64,000 nucleotides of DNA from an uncultured Alphaproteobacteria bacterium (GTDB lineage Bacteria > Pseudomonadota > Alphaproteobacteria > Rhizobiales > Xanthobacteraceae), in assembly GCA_963810585.1 (NCBI GenBank), contig CAWENV010000001.1, positions 232,596 to 296,595 of the forward strand. Reading direction: 5' to 3'. Of this stretch, positions 30,279-42,452 are shown one piece after another. Numbering within the stretch: the stretch's first letter is position 1; the number at the start of each line of letters is the position of its first letter. A program made the translations under genes and the position numbers. The notes beneath the pieces are model-generated. The model saw only the letters and a list, made by a program, of their open reading frames with translations. It was not told the DNA's origin and ran no database searches.

Positions 30279-32823
30279 AACCGCCGCCGCCAACGTGCAT
30301 ACCAGCGACAACGCCAGCAGCTTGCCCATGCTCGACGTACCGGGATGACGCGAAAGCCACAGACTTCCAAACGCAGTTGCCGTCGTCAAAGCGCTCCAAA
30401 TAACCGCGCGGGTCAGACTGGATTGCAGCAGATTCGTGCGACCCGATCGCCATGCCATGATGTAATAAATTTTGAAAGCGACGCCGACGCCCAACAGCAA
30501 TGGCAGCGCGATGATGTTGGCGAAATTGAGTGGCATACCAATCAATACACAAACTTCGAGTGTCACGACGCCCGCCAGCAAAAGCGGAACAAGCGTTAGC
30601 AACACATCGCCGAGCCGGCCCAGAACAATCCAAAGCAGAATTGCAATTGCAACCAATGCATAGAACCCCGCCTCCAAGAACGCAGTGACAACTGTATGGC
30701 TTGAACTCGAGGATCGAAACTGGACCGCCCGTAGCGTTCGGATAAGCAGCGAGGATGGTCCGTGCGAACGATCGCAACACTTCGGTGTCATCGGTATTGC
30801 CTTTAGGCGCCACTTCAACTCGAGCGCGACCGTCGGATGCTACCCACTGGCTCTTGATTGCCTGCGGCAGGTTTTCTTTCGTGACCGGCTCAGCGCTCAA
30901 AAAGCCGCGCAGTTGAGCAAGCGCCGTTTCAAGCGGCACCTCGAAGGCCGCTTGCGCCCGCGTCCGCGCAGCCTCATCTGCCTGGGCCAATTTCATCGCG
31001 CCGGAGGCCAATCGCTTCGCTGATTCCGCGCCCGGCCCTTGGGCATTACCGGCGATTTTGTTGAGCTGATCGGCCATCCCGTTCAAAGCCGCGATATTTT
31101 CGGCATCGCTTGGTGGCTTGGCGGACGCGGGCTGCTGTAGCGTTTGCCCAAGTCGGTGGCCCAAATCTCGAATAAGAGTCAGTTTTTTATCTTGATCCTG
31201 CGGCACAAAGCTAAGAAGCGTCTCTGCCTCCAACACCTGCGGTAGTTTCCGCAGTTTTTCAGCCGCCGCTGACGCGTCATCGAGCGAGGGAGTCAATATA
31301 TTAGCTGAGTTGATGCCAACTCGAGGGTCGCCGCCGAGCTCAAGCAAAGTTGAAATCAACTCTGTTTGAGTGCTGCGGAGGTGAATAGGATCGAAATCGA
31401 ACGTAAGAAAATAAAGCAATGGTGATCCCAGAACCGCGACTGCCAATGTGCCGACGATAACGGGCACGCGGTACTCCTGAAGAAAACGGTCTATCGGCGC
31501 GAGGGCTTGATAACCAATTTCATCCGGCTCACCCGGCGGATTGAGCACGCTGATAAGTGCGGGCAATAGCGTGATACTTGTTCCGTAAGCGATCAGCATT
31601 CCCGCGCCGGCTATCTGCCCTAGTTCGGAAACGCCGCGATAATCGGTCGGCAGGAACGACAAAAAGCCAGCCGCCACCGCAGCGGCTGCGAGCGTCAATG
31701 GTACACCGATTTTTTCGGCGGCCTTCGTGAGCGCCAAGTGTAATTTCGGAACGTCGTGACGCTCGGCACGGTAGCGAACTGAAAACTGAATAGCGAAATC
31801 GACACCGAGCCCGACAAATAGGACCGCGAATGCGACTGATATCATGTTGAGCGCGCCGACTATCATCAGGCCGAGCGCCGCCGTGATTGCCAATCCCACG
31901 AACAAATTGATGAATACCGCAACAATAATGCGCGCGGATTTCAAAGCCAGCCACAAAATCATCAGCACAATGACGATTGTGCCAATCCCGTTGACGAGAG
32001 CGCCGTCCTGAACGGTCGCAAATTCTTCATCGGCGATCGGCACTGTGCCGGTTAGCCGTACGCGGGCCTGATATTTTTGCGCAAGTTGCAGATCGGATGC
32101 GGCTTGGCGAATGGCCTGGCTCGCAGCTTGGCCCGGCTGGAGCGCAGCAAAATTCAGGACCGGGCGAACTTCAATAAGCCGCCGGGTATCACTGGTGCCA
32201 GTTTTCTGGCCACTCAACATGGCCTGCCATGAGAAGGACGCGGGTCGGCCTGCCAGCGCATCCTCGACGGTTGTAGCGGCCATCGACAATGGCCGAGACA
32301 TGGCATCGAGCGTCACCATGCGGTTCTGGACGCCAATGAGGCCGAGCGAGAGTGCACGCGTGAGGCCACGAAGACTGCGATCGCCGGCAAGGGTGCCGAT
32401 CAGAGGCGCCGCCTGGCCTAAGCCTTTCGTCGAATTCGCAACCTCGTCTGTGGATTGAAACAACAGGCCGTTGCGGGCGAAAAATTCGCTACCGCCGATA
32501 TCCTCGACTGCGTGGAACAATTGCGGCTGGGTCCTCAACCGTTCGGCTAATTCGTTACCGGCGCGAGCCGCAAATTCCGCGATTGGAGCGTCTACGACGA
32601 CCAACATCGAGCCGAAATGGCCCGGAAAAGCTTTTTCCAAATCAGCTTCGCGCTTACGCCAATCGAGATCGGGGGAAATAAGCTTGTTGATATCTGTGGT
32701 TATGGCGAAATGTTGGGCCGAATAAATCGCAGCGCCAATCGCACCGACCAGAGCTAAAGCAATGATTGGCCAAGGGAATCGGGTACAAAATCGAACTATG
32801 GCGGTAACAATAGACGCTAGCAT
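30228..32823 (-). CDS. hpnN: Hopanoid transporter HpnN (MMPL/RND), +1 frameshift at about 30704
   Basis: [45 protein letters not shown] motifs. ORFs 30253..32823 and 30228..30818 join by removing one T (864 aa); lies in the hopanoid cluster. Confidence 0.9.
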
Positions 32824-33038
32824 AACTGGTACCGCCTTCTTAGGTAGGTTAAGTGGTCGCCAAATACCCGGTCACGCAATAGTATTTGCGTGGAACTTTT
32901 GTAAGTGTCCTTGATTGACGCTAACTGAGAGACTTCATGACAGAATCGGCAAAGCTCGTATGGGGCGTCAGAAAATTTTCCGTGAGGTTTTGCCAAGGGC
33001 ACAAGCGCCTCCGATTGAGTGGGGAAGGTGATTAAATC

Positions 33039-35063
33039 ATGACGGCGCCAAACGATAGTTTCGTAACAAATACCAGCACCACAATTCTCGATTCGATCAA
33101 GAATCCCGCAGATCTGCGACGTATCAATGCGCAGCACCTGCCGCAGGTTGCCGACGAATTGCGCGCCGAGACCATTAATGCGGTGGCCGTTACGGGTGGC
33201 CACCTCGGAGCAAGCCTTGGCGTCATCGAACTGACGGTCGCATTGCATTACGTCTTTGATACGCCGACTGACAAATTAATTTGGGACGTCGGGCATCAGG
33301 CCTATCCACACAAAATCCTTACGGGCCGCAGGGACCGCATCAGGACGTTGCGGACAGGCGGAGGCTTATCCGGTTTCACGAAACGCTCGGAAAGCGAATA
33401 CGACTGCTTTGGCGCAGCACATTCCTCAACATCTATATCGGCCGGTTTGGGCATGGCGGTTGCGCGCGATCTCGCCGGTCAGAATCACAACGTCATTTGC
33501 GTGATTGGAGACGGTGCGATCTCTGCCGGGATGGCCTATGAAGCCATGAATAACGCTGGTGCAATGAACCGGCGCCTGATTGTGATTCTGAATGACAATG
33601 AGATGTCGATCGCGCCTCCAGTGGGGGCCATGTCGAATTATCTCACGCGATTGCTCTCGAGCCCGACATACATGTCCCTGCGGGGCCTCGGCAAACAAGT
33701 CGTCGATCATTTGCCGCAGTTCTTCAAGGAAAAGGCTTCTCTCGCCGAAGAGTTGGCGCGCGGCTTTGTCACAGGCGGGACCTTGTTCGAGGAGCTCGGC
33801 TTTTATTACGTCGGAATTGTCGATGGCCACGATCTTGAGCAGCTCCTGCCTGTTCTGGAAAACGTTCGCGACGCGGGCAATGGCCCGTTCCTCGTGCACG
33901 TCCGTACACAGAAGGGCAAAGGCTACGCACCAGCTGAGGCCTCACAAGATAGATATCATGGCGTCGTCAAATTCGACGTTCCTACTGGAAAACAGCACAA
34001 AACGGCTTCGAACGCCCCGTCTTACACCAAGGTGTTTGGCGAGAGCCTGGTGAAGGAAGCCAAAAAGGACGACAAGATCGTCGCGATTACCGCGGCGATG
34101 CCCGGCGGCACCGGCGTCGACATTTTTGCAAAGTCGTTCCCAGATCGCTCCTTCGATGTCGGTATTGCCGAACAGCATGGGGTCACCTTCGCGGCCGGTC
34201 TGGCAACCCAAGGCTACAAGCCCTTTGTCGCAATCTATTCGACCTTCCTGCAACGCGCCTACGACCAGGTAGTGCATGACGTGGCGATCCAAAAGCTGCC
34301 CGTCCGCTTTATCCTTGATCGTGCCGGGTTGGTTGGCGCCGATGGCCCAACGCACGCAGGGTCATTTGACCTTGCCTATCTGGGCTGCCTGCCCGGGTTT
34401 GTGATTATGGCGGCTGCCGATGAGGCTGAGCTCGTTCACATGGTCGCCACTGCCGCTGCGATAGACGACTGCCCTTCGGCAATACGTTATCCGCGCGGCG
34501 ACGGTGTAGGCGTCTCGATGCCGGAGGTTGGCGTGCCGCTCGAAATCGGCAAAGGACGCATCATTTCGCAAGGCAATACTGTCGCCCTCCTCTCCCTCGG
34601 CACCCGACTCGCCGAATGTACCAAAGCGGCAGAAACACTCGCCGCACACGGCATCTCGACCACCGTCGCGGATGCACGTTTTGCCAAGCCGCTCGATCGC
34701 GAACTCATCCTGCGGCTGGCGCGCGAACATGAGCTGCTCATCACGATCGAGGAAGGCGCCATCGGCGGCTTCGGCGCACAAGTGATGCAATTGCTCAGCG
34801 ATGCGGGTGCACTTGAACGGACGGGATTCAAGGTCCGCAATATGGTGCTACCGGACATCTTTATCGACCACGATAGCCCGCCGGCGATGTACGCCAAGGC
34901 CGGGCTCGACGCGAATGGCATCGTCAACAAAGTCTTTGGTGTTTTCGGAGCGCGTCACGCGCCAGAATTGCAGCCCGCCGAAATCGAGTTTCTCGCAGAG
35001 CGCGCGCGAAACCGCCGGCAAGCAAAATCGATGAACGGGCACTCTAAGGGGACAGCAGGATGA
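33039..35063 (+). CDS. dxs: 1-deoxy-D-xylulose-5-phosphate synthase
   Basis: [48 protein letters not shown] motifs. Confidence 0.97.
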   Translation: MTAPNDSFVTNTSTTILDSIKNPADLRRINAQHLPQVADELRAETINAVAVTGGHLGASLGVIELTVALHYVFDTPTDKLIWDVGHQAYPHKILTGRRDRIRTLRTGGGLSGFTKRSESEYDCFGAAHSSTSISAGLGMAVARDLAGQNHNVICVIGDGAISAGMAYEAMNNAGAMNRRLIVILNDNEMSIAPPVGAMSNYLTRLLSSPTYMSLRGLGKQVVDHLPQFFKEKASLAEELARGFVTGGTLFEELGFYYVGIVDGHDLEQLLPVLENVRDAGNGPFLVHVRTQKGKGYAPAEASQDRYHGVVKFDVPTGKQHKTASNAPSYTKVFGESLVKEAKKDDKIVAITAAMPGGTGVDIFAKSFPDRSFDVGIAEQHGVTFAAGLATQGYKPFVAIYSTFLQRAYDQVVHDVAIQKLPVRFILDRAGLVGADGPTHAGSFDLAYLGCLPGFVIMAAADEAELVHMVATAAAIDDCPSAIRYPRGDGVGVSMPEVGVPLEIGKGRIISQGNTVALLSLGTRLAECTKAAETLAAHGISTTVADARFAKPLDRELILRLAREHELLITIEEGAIGGFGAQVMQLLSDAGALERTGFKVRNMVLPDIFIDHDSPPAMYAKAGLDANGIVNKVFGVFGARHAPELQPAEIEFLAERARNRRQAKSMNGHSKGTAG

Positions 35064-36055
35064 AGGTTATTCTAGCGAAACCGCGCGGTTTCTGCGCGGG
35101 TGTCGTGCGCGCGATTGAAATCGTAGAACGCGCCCTGGATAAATACGGCCCACCGGTCTACGTGCGACACGAAATCGTCCACAACAAATGGGTGGTCGAT
35201 GCGCTGAAGGCGCGAGGTGCTCGTTTCGTCGAAGAGCTCTCCGAGGTCCCGCCCGACGCGATTACAATTTTCAGCGCGCATGGCGTAGCCAAGAAGGTCC
35301 AAGAGGAAGCCACCCAACGTGGTTTGCGCGTCCTCAACGCGACCTGCCCACTCGTGTCGAAAGTGCACGCCCAGGGTCGCCACTATCTGCGCAACGGGCG
35401 CACTGTGATCCTGATCGGCCATGCAGGCCACCCCGAAGTCGAAGGCACGCTGGGGCAGATCCCCGGGCCCGTCCTTCTCGTCCAGACCGAAGCGGATGTG
35501 AGCGGGCTTGATTTGCCCGATGACACGCCGATCGCTTACGTGACGCAAACGACGCTTAGCGTCGACGACACCAAAGGGATCATCGCAGCGCTGTTCCGGC
35601 GCTTCAAAGACGTAGTGGGTCCGGGGACCCAGGACATCTGTTACGCGACACAGAACCGCCAAACTGCCCTGCTTGAGTTAACCAAGCTGGTTGACGTGAT
35701 TTTCGTGGTTGGCGCCAAAAACAGCTCAAATTCGAATCGCCTGCGCGAAATCGGCGTGGAAGCCGGTGTTCCCACTCACTTAATCGCCAATGGCAGTGAA
35801 ATAAGACCTGAGTGGTTGCACAACGTCGAGGTTGTTGGCATTACGGCGGGCGCCTCGGCGCCGGAAGTCATGGTACGCGATGTAATCAATGCGTTGCGTG
35901 CAATCGAGCCGGTGGAGGTCTTCACCCTGCCCGGCCAGGATGAACACATTGAATTTAGGGTACCGGTCGAGTTACTCGATGTGACCGGCGCCCAGCAAAT
36001 TAGCAAGGATAACGATCTTGGGCATTCCTCTCCTTCAGAAGCTGTTTGTCGGTAG
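35060..36055 (+). CDS. ispH: 4-hydroxy-3-methylbut-2-enyl diphosphate reductase
   Basis: [50 protein letters not shown] motifs. Confidence 0.97.
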   Translation: MKVILAKPRGFCAGVVRAIEIVERALDKYGPPVYVRHEIVHNKWVVDALKARGARFVEELSEVPPDAITIFSAHGVAKKVQEEATQRGLRVLNATCPLVSKVHAQGRHYLRNGRTVILIGHAGHPEVEGTLGQIPGPVLLVQTEADVSGLDLPDDTPIAYVTQTTLSVDDTKGIIAALFRRFKDVVGPGTQDICYATQNRQTALLELTKLVDVIFVVGAKNSSNSNRLREIGVEAGVPTHLIANGSEIRPEWLHNVEVVGITAGASAPEVMVRDVINALRAIEPVEVFTLPGQDEHIEFRVPVELLDVTGAQQISKDNDLGHSSPSEAVCR

Positions 36056-37163
36056 CTACGTCGTTCGTCAGCGCCTGACCGGTCGCAAGCGCTATCCGCT
36101 TGTGCTCATGCTTGAACCATTGTTTCGGTGCAATCTCGCTTGCGCGGGCTGCGGCAAAATCGACTATCCCGATCCAATTCTGCATCAGAATATGTCGGTT
36201 AAGGACGCCTTGCACGCAGTCGATGAGTGCGGAGCGCCGGTGGTATCGATCGCGGGCGGAGAACCGTTGCTGCACAAAGAGCTGCCTGAAATCGTCCGCG
36301 GAATCGTTGCGCGGAAAAAATTTGTTTACCTGTGCACCAATGCACTATTGATGGACAAAAAACTGTCCCAGTATGAGCCGAGCACTTTCTTCACCTGGTC
36401 TGTGCACCTCGATGGCGACAAGGAAATGCATGACCACTCGGTCTGCCAGCCCGGCACTTACGACCGCGCCGTGACGGCGATCAAGCATGCCAAGGAACGC
36501 GGCTTCCGCGTCAACATCAACTGCACGCTGTTCAACACGGCGCAGGCCGACCGCGTTGCCGAGTTCTTTGATACCGTCACTGAACTGGGTGTCGACGGCA
36601 TCACCGTGTCACCCGGCTACGCCTACGAGCGCGCACCCGATCAACAGCACTTCCTCAACCGCGGCAAGACAAAGCAGCTGTTTCGCGATGTGTTCAAACG
36701 CGGCGCGAGCAAAGGCAAATGGTCGTTCAGCCAGTCCACCATGTTCCTTGACTTCCTCGCCGGCAACCAGAGTTACCACTGCACGCCGTGGGGCAATCCA
36801 ACACGCACAATCTTCGGCTGGCAAAAGCCATGCTACCTGCTCGGAGAGGGTTACGCACCGACATTCGACGAACTGATGAACGGGACCGATTGGGACGCAT
36901 ATGGCACCGGCAACTATGAAAAATGCGCCGACTGCATGGTCCACTCCGGCTACGAAGCCTCCGCGGTTCAGGATGCCGTCGCTCACCCTCTTAAGGCATT
37001 GGGCGTGAGCCTCCGTGGCGTCCGCACCGAGGGCGAGATGACCCCAGAGATCTCACTCGATCGCCAGAGACCTGCGCAATTCGTGTTTTCAAAACACGTC
37101 GAGGAGAAGCTCGAAGAAATTCGGCATACGAAAGAAAAGGCCGAATTGGTCGGGACGCCCTGA
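36018..37163 (+). CDS. hpnH: Adenosyl-hopene transferase, radical SAM
   Basis: [16 protein letters not shown] (CxxxCxxC), [29 protein letters not shown] start with AAGGA RBS. Confidence 0.95.
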   Translation: MGIPLLQKLFVGSYVVRQRLTGRKRYPLVLMLEPLFRCNLACAGCGKIDYPDPILHQNMSVKDALHAVDECGAPVVSIAGGEPLLHKELPEIVRGIVARKKFVYLCTNALLMDKKLSQYEPSTFFTWSVHLDGDKEMHDHSVCQPGTYDRAVTAIKHAKERGFRVNINCTLFNTAQADRVAEFFDTVTELGVDGITVSPGYAYERAPDQQHFLNRGKTKQLFRDVFKRGASKGKWSFSQSTMFLDFLAGNQSYHCTPWGNPTRTIFGWQKPCYLLGEGYAPTFDELMNGTDWDAYGTGNYEKCADCMVHSGYEASAVQDAVAHPLKALGVSLRGVRTEGEMTPEISLDRQRPAQFVFSKHVEEKLEEIRHTKEKAELVGTP

Positions 37164-37271
37164 CGGAAAATACTTGAGCTCGGGTGGAGCTCGATGGAAC
37201 TTCCGGCCTGAATAGCCAGTTATGTACGCAGCCACCGGCCAACCGGTGGCAACGGCCATTAGGATTCGGCC

Positions 37272-38396
37272 ATGCGCGGACGCACCACCCTTCTTCTCGC
37301 AGCTCTAAGCATAGCGATACCGGTCCATGAGACCGCCTATGCGCAGTTATCTCCGCAAGGCCTTATCGGCGGCGTTACACGCCCTCTTCGCCAAATGCTC
37401 GGCCACCTGGGGCATTTCCCCCGCAGCAACCGGCACCGGTCGGCGAGCGCCGAAACGCCGGCCGCGGCCACCGATTTAACGAACGAGGCACCGCCTGTCG
37501 TTGCTCCTCGCCTGGGCTGGGTAGGCCCGCCAGCTTGGCCGACCGCTTTTGAGGATGTGCTTGGCTTCACTTTCTGGGCAGATGACTACGGGCAGCGACT
37601 GCACGGCCGCGGATTTGATGTGATAGCGGACACCATCAGCGGACATTTTGATGTGCCGCGCTCGGCCGCTCGGACCGCGACCACAGGTGCCGCAGCCAAC
37701 GATGCGAACAATTCTGTCGATCGTTGTGGTGACATATCGAACACGCAAGTTAATTGGCCGGCCGCTCGCATTGAACAAATGCTGCAATTGTCGGATGCCC
37801 AGCATGAGGCGCTTGAGAAATTGCAAACCACGGCAAATGAGTCGGCAAAAAACATAAGGGCAGACTGCCGCGATCCCGGCGCGTTAGCGCCTCCCGATCG
37901 GTTGCGGGCATTGGTCCAAACGCTTTGGGTTGTGCGTGATGCCGGTATATCGATGCGTGCGCCGCTCAAGGACTTCAATGATGCGCTAACAAGCACGCAG
38001 AAGACCAGTTTTGCCGAGCGTCAATTGAAAAACAACGCTGCGCCTGACCCCAAAGGCACCAACGCCGAAACAAATACGCGACTTCAGGCCTGTGCCATGC
38101 AAAACGCCGAAAAGGCGGAGCGTATGGCTAAAGAAATTGAAATGAGAGTTCGCCCAACGAAGGATCAGGCCGCAAGCTTCGAGAATTTCCACAAGGCATC
38201 GGAAGATATGGCCAAACTTCTGATTGCATCATGCGCCAAACCGATCCCTGCCGACCCCATGGCACGACTCGACAGCGCGGACGACCAGCTCACGGCCATA
38301 AATTACGCGGCGACGACGGTTCAAGTTGTTTTCGACGATTTTTACGGGAAACTCAACAACGAACAAAAGGCACGCTTCGCACCATTAAGCCGCTGA
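37272..38396 (+). CDS. Spy/CpxP-like (LTXXQ motif) periplasmic helical protein
   Basis: Signal peptide; repeated LSDAQ / LTSTQK / PTKDQ / LNNEQKARF motifs. Confidence 0.75.
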   Translation: MRGRTTLLLAALSIAIPVHETAYAQLSPQGLIGGVTRPLRQMLGHLGHFPRSNRHRSASAETPAAATDLTNEAPPVVAPRLGWVGPPAWPTAFEDVLGFTFWADDYGQRLHGRGFDVIADTISGHFDVPRSAARTATTGAAANDANNSVDRCGDISNTQVNWPAARIEQMLQLSDAQHEALEKLQTTANESAKNIRADCRDPGALAPPDRLRALVQTLWVVRDAGISMRAPLKDFNDALTSTQKTSFAERQLKNNAAPDPKGTNAETNTRLQACAMQNAEKAERMAKEIEMRVRPTKDQAASFENFHKASEDMAKLLIASCAKPIPADPMARLDSADDQLTAINYAATTVQVVFDDFYGKLNNEQKARFAPLSR

Positions 38397-38399
38397 CAA

Positions 38400-40349
38400 T
38401 TACATACCAAAAGCAACGCTAGCGGCGTTACCGGCTTTCAGATTACGATAGCGCGAGAGAGCCCATAAAGGGAAAAATTTTCGGTATCCGTGATAGCGCA
38501 AGTAGAACACGCGCGGAAATCCAGTCGCGGTGTACCGCTCCTCATCCCAAAATCCGGCTTCTGTTTGTGTCTCTGAAAGGTATTTTACGCCACGCGTCAC
38601 TGCCGGATGGTTTATTTCGCCACAAGCCATGAGGCCAAGAAGAGCCCATGCCGTCTGGGACGCCGTACTGGCTGCGGGTTCGTATCCGCGATAGTCGAGC
38701 TTATAGCTCGTGCCATCTTCACCCCACCCGCCGTCCGAATTCTGTATTGAAAGAAGCCAATTTACAGCTTTGCGCATTTCCGCCGAGCCGTGATCGATAC
38801 CACAAGCATTGAGCGCGCACAGAGAAGACCATGTCCCGTAAATGTAATTCAGACCCCAGCGCCCAAACCAGCTTCCGTCGGCGGCCTGCGTGCGTTTGAG
38901 ATATTCGACACCGCGCGCGAGCGACTCGCTCCGCTCCAGAGTCTCGCCGAGTTGCGCCAGCATCGAAACGCAACGCGCTGTCACATCTTCTGTCGGCGGA
39001 TCGATGAGTGCGCCATGATCGGCGAAGGGGATGTTGTTGAGATGGTCGTAAACATTATCAACATCGAATGCAGCCCATCCGCCATTATGACTCTGCAGAC
39101 CCTTCACCCATTCGGCACCACGATCAATCGCATGGTCATAGCGGCCACCGGCTCCCTCGCGGCGAGCACGGTCCATCGCCATGACAACGACCGCGGTGTC
39201 ATCAAGATCGGGATAGTGGGGGTTGGCATATTGGAAGGCCCATCCGCCCGGCCTTACGTTTGGCCGCCGCGTGGCCCAATCACCGACAGTGTCGAGCACC
39301 TGAAGCGGCAACAGCCAGTCGAGCCCCCGACAAGCGCTGGCGCTCGCCTCTTTGTTTCCCATTTCGAACAATGCATGGCAGGTGAGCGCGGTATCCCACA
39401 CGGGTGATACGCACGGTTGGCAATAGGCCTCGCTTTGCCCGACGACCAACAACTTTTCGACAGATCCGCGCGCGATTGCAGCGTTTTTCGTATCGCCAAG
39501 AACATCGAACATCATCGTGGCATTGGCCATCGCTGGGAAGATGGCACCGAGCCCATCCTCGCCATTGAGCCGTTCTGTGACGAAAGCCACAGCTCGATCG
39601 ATGGCGCGCTGGCGTACTCTCGCCGGAATCAGCTTGACGCCAGGCCGGAGCACAGTGTCGAGGCCACGGAATAGCGCAAACCATATCCAGCGTTGATGCG
39701 GCGCTTTCGCTGCGGGCCCGATTGTTTGCGGAGATTCGATAAACAGCTCGTCAATTTTCACGCCGAGAGTATTTTTTGCCGAAGGTCGCAGCGCCATCAA
39801 AACCAACAACGGCACGAGCACCGTGCGCGCCCAATAGGACACCTTCGACAGGTGGAACGGAAACCAGCGCGGCAGCAAGGTAATTTCGACCGGCATTTCG
39901 GGGACGCTACGCCAGGGCAGTATTCCGTAGAGCGACAGAAGAACGCGCGTGAACACGTTGCAGTGGACCGCGCCGCCGCGCGATAGAATAGCCTCGCGTG
40001 CGCGAGACATATGTGGGGTGTCCGGGCGATCTCCGATCATCTTAAGCGCAAAATATGCTTTCACGCTTGCGCTCATATCGAACTCGCCATCGTGAAATAA
40101 GGGCCAGCCCCCATGCGCACCCTGAATGCGTCGAAGGTAGACGGCAATTTTCTGCTCGATGGCCCTGTCGATCGGCTCGCCGCGATAGTGCCTCAGCAAC
40201 ACATATTCGGAGGGAATTGTCGCATCCGCCTCGAGCTCGAATACCCAATGGCCGTCCCCTCGCTGGCAACCGAGGAGCGACTGTGTCGCGTGATCGGCCG
40301 CACGATTGACCAGCTCTGGGAAAGAACGCGATTCCTCTAATAGCGTCAT
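38400..40349 (-). CDS. shc: Squalene-hopene cyclase
   Basis: ELEADATIP, QPCVSPVWDT, PDLDDTA (DxDD), QW repeats, GTGF-like ATGFPRVFYLRYHGY. ATG 40349 overlaps the hpnE stop. Confidence 0.97.
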   Translation of the reverse strand: MTLLEESRSFPELVNRAADHATQSLLGCQRGDGHWVFELEADATIPSEYVLLRHYRGEPIDRAIEQKIAVYLRRIQGAHGGWPLFHDGEFDMSASVKAYFALKMIGDRPDTPHMSRAREAILSRGGAVHCNVFTRVLLSLYGILPWRSVPEMPVEITLLPRWFPFHLSKVSYWARTVLVPLLVLMALRPSAKNTLGVKIDELFIESPQTIGPAAKAPHQRWIWFALFRGLDTVLRPGVKLIPARVRQRAIDRAVAFVTERLNGEDGLGAIFPAMANATMMFDVLGDTKNAAIARGSVEKLLVVGQSEAYCQPCVSPVWDTALTCHALFEMGNKEASASACRGLDWLLPLQVLDTVGDWATRRPNVRPGGWAFQYANPHYPDLDDTAVVVMAMDRARREGAGGRYDHAIDRGAEWVKGLQSHNGGWAAFDVDNVYDHLNNIPFADHGALIDPPTEDVTARCVSMLAQLGETLERSESLARGVEYLKRTQAADGSWFGRWGLNYIYGTWSSLCALNACGIDHGSAEMRKAVNWLLSIQNSDGGWGEDGTSYKLDYRGYEPAASTASQTAWALLGLMACGEINHPAVTRGVKYLSETQTEAGFWDEERYTATGFPRVFYLRYHGYRKFFPLWALSRYRNLKAGNAASVAFGM

Positions 40350-41617
40350 GCGGCAGCCATTAATCGCTGTGCCACCAGATCTGCGGCTCGATTGCCGGAG
40401 CGAACCGCACTTTCGATCGTTGCCGGCAAGCCGGTAGCGGTCCAATCGCCGGCGAGAAACAGGTTAGGCCAATTCGTCTCGGCAGCAGGACGCAAGGCGT
40501 TTTGTTCCGGCGTGGCGGCAAATGTCGCGCGCCTTTCACGAACGATTTGCCACGGCGGTAATGCCTCCGGTAGCCCGGCAACATTCGCAACCTCACGCCA
40601 AATGAGCTGCGCAAGCTCCGCACGTGGAAGGTCGAACCATTTGTCGCCGCTGCTAATCGTCACGGAAATCCGGCCGGGCAACGCGAAAATCCACTCGCAC
40701 GTCCCGTTGATGACCCCCAACATTGGCGGCAAGGTTGCGGGTGGATCGATGCGGAAATGCGCGTTCACAATTCCGCGAAACACCGAAGGTGCGACAAGGT
40801 CAGGCAGAAGATTTGCCGCCACATATGGAGGAACTGCGAGGATAACTGCATCGCCTTCGCCTAGATCAATACTTTGCTTCGTAAATTGGACTTGTGATAC
40901 GCGACCATTCGCAAAGCGAAGCCTGGTCAGCTCATCCTGAAATGCCACTGTGACACCGCGGGTCTGCAGGTATGAAATTGCCGGTTCGACAAAGACGCTT
41001 CCTAGTCCGTCACGGGCAAGCAAAGGGCGACAGGCTTGGCCGCCGAGAGCAAGGGTTTCACGGATAACCGCACCGGCCAGCTTCGCTGAGCCGTCACGCG
41101 GCGCAATATTAAGCGCCGCGAGCAACAGGGGCTCGAGGAAGCGTTTATAAATTGGACCCGAGCAGTTGATGATTTTGCCGATTGGCTTGTCTGTCGACGC
41201 CCATACGAGACGCGCAAGTGGTAAGTAGTCGATGACATTTGTTTGCGGTACCCGGCGGTCTTTGTCGAACAACCACCATGGAAACCTGCTGTCGCCAAAC
41301 TGCAGGGTCCATCGCTCACTGCTTGGAAGATCAATAAAGGTAAACTCTGCCTCCGCCGGCCCGCGCAAACCTGATTTGGAACCGATCGTTTGCGCGTATG
41401 CCAGCGCGGCGTGATTTCCCGACAGCAGCAAATGTGTGCCATTGTCGATCACCATGTCGGTGCTCTGGTCGTAGTATGACCGGCAGCGGCCGCCGGCCTG
41501 CGCTGTTGCCTCGTGCACGACAACCGCGCGCGAGGATCCAGCCAGCCGCACGGCGGCGGACAACCCCGCCAAACCTGCTCCAATAATGTGTACGGTACCG
41601 GCGTTAGACGAGGACAT
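40346..41617 (-). CDS. hpnE: Hydroxysqualene dehydroxylase
   Basis: IIGAGLAGLSAA, GGRCRSY, DNGTHLLLSGN, ERRATF, LAGDWT..LPATIESAVRSG motifs. Confidence 0.95.
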   Translation of the reverse strand: MSSSNAGTVHIIGAGLAGLSAAVRLAGSSRAVVVHEATAQAGGRCRSYYDQSTDMVIDNGTHLLLSGNHAALAYAQTIGSKSGLRGPAEAEFTFIDLPSSERWTLQFGDSRFPWWLFDKDRRVPQTNVIDYLPLARLVWASTDKPIGKIINCSGPIYKRFLEPLLLAALNIAPRDGSAKLAGAVIRETLALGGQACRPLLARDGLGSVFVEPAISYLQTRGVTVAFQDELTRLRFANGRVSQVQFTKQSIDLGEGDAVILAVPPYVAANLLPDLVAPSVFRGIVNAHFRIDPPATLPPMLGVINGTCEWIFALPGRISVTISSGDKWFDLPRAELAQLIWREVANVAGLPEALPPWQIVRERRATFAATPEQNALRPAAETNWPNLFLAGDWTATGLPATIESAVRSGNRAADLVAQRLMAAA

Positions 41618-42452
41618 GCCGTAAAACCACCCATAACAAACGGGATTTGGTCATACGGACGCGAGTACGCGGCCGCGACCAGCCGCGCGATACCATGTCT
41701 TCAAGCATCTGGCGATACACCGCACCCATAATTTTAGGGGCGCGCACAACCTTGCGCGGAGAGCGAGACATGATCTCGCTGGCCTTTGCGAAATGTTCGC
41801 GTGCCCGCTCGACAATAAAAGCGCATGCAGTGCCAATGTTGGGATTCATTGCAACTGCCGTCGGATCGGTTGAGTGTATATTGGCCAGAGCCAAGGCTTC
41901 TTGCGGCAAATACAAGCGCCCTATGGCGGCATCTTCGTCGATATCGCGTAAAATATTTGTAAGCTGAAGAGCGCGGCCAAGATGATGCGCGAGCGCCTTC
42001 CCATCGGAGTCATTCATGCCGAAAACACGCACGCTCAAGCGACCGACCGCGCAAGCGACGCGGTCGCAGTAGAGCTCAAGCTCCTTGACGCTGGGACCCT
42101 GAATATCTGCCTTGGCGTCCATTTCAACGCCATCGATAACCGCAAGAAAATCATCTTTGCGCAGGCCATAGCGGAAAATTGCATCAGCAAGGCGCTCGTG
42201 CCCAACCGGGATGCGCCCGGAATAGAGCGCGTCAATATCCTGTCGCCACACTGACAACTCCGCCAGCCGCTTCTCGCGTGGCGCATCGTTGTCGGCGATG
42301 TCGTCAACGTCACGGCAGAACGAATAAATCTCAAACATCGCCTCTCTTTGATCTCGTTTCAGAATACGCATCGCGAGATAAAAGGAGCTGCTGTTTGCGC
42401 GCGTGGCGGCTTGCGAAGTCCCGCTCGTCAAATGGGAATTTTGAACGTTCAT
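41604..42452 (-). CDS. hpnD: Presqualene diphosphate synthase
   Basis: SSFYLAM, FCRDVDDIAD, YCDRVA, LQLTNILRDIDED motifs. Confidence 0.95.
   Translation of the reverse strand: MNVQNSHLTSGTSQAATRANSSSFYLAMRILKRDQREAMFEIYSFCRDVDDIADNDAPREKRLAELSVWRQDIDALYSGRIPVGHERLADAIFRYGLRKDDFLAVIDGVEMDAKADIQGPSVKELELYCDRVACAVGRLSVRVFGMNDSDGKALAHHLGRALQLTNILRDIDEDAAIGRLYLPQEALALANIHSTDPTAVAMNPNIGTACAFIVERAREHFAKASEIMSRSPRKVVRAPKIMGAVYRQMLEDMVSRGWSRPRTRVRMTKSRLLWVVLRHVLV

Noticed and set aside
32485-32496. ops-like GGCGGTAGCGAA on the minus strand
   Set aside because: It lies inside the hpnN coding sequence (codons for GGSE), far from the RfaH-like gene; most likely chance.
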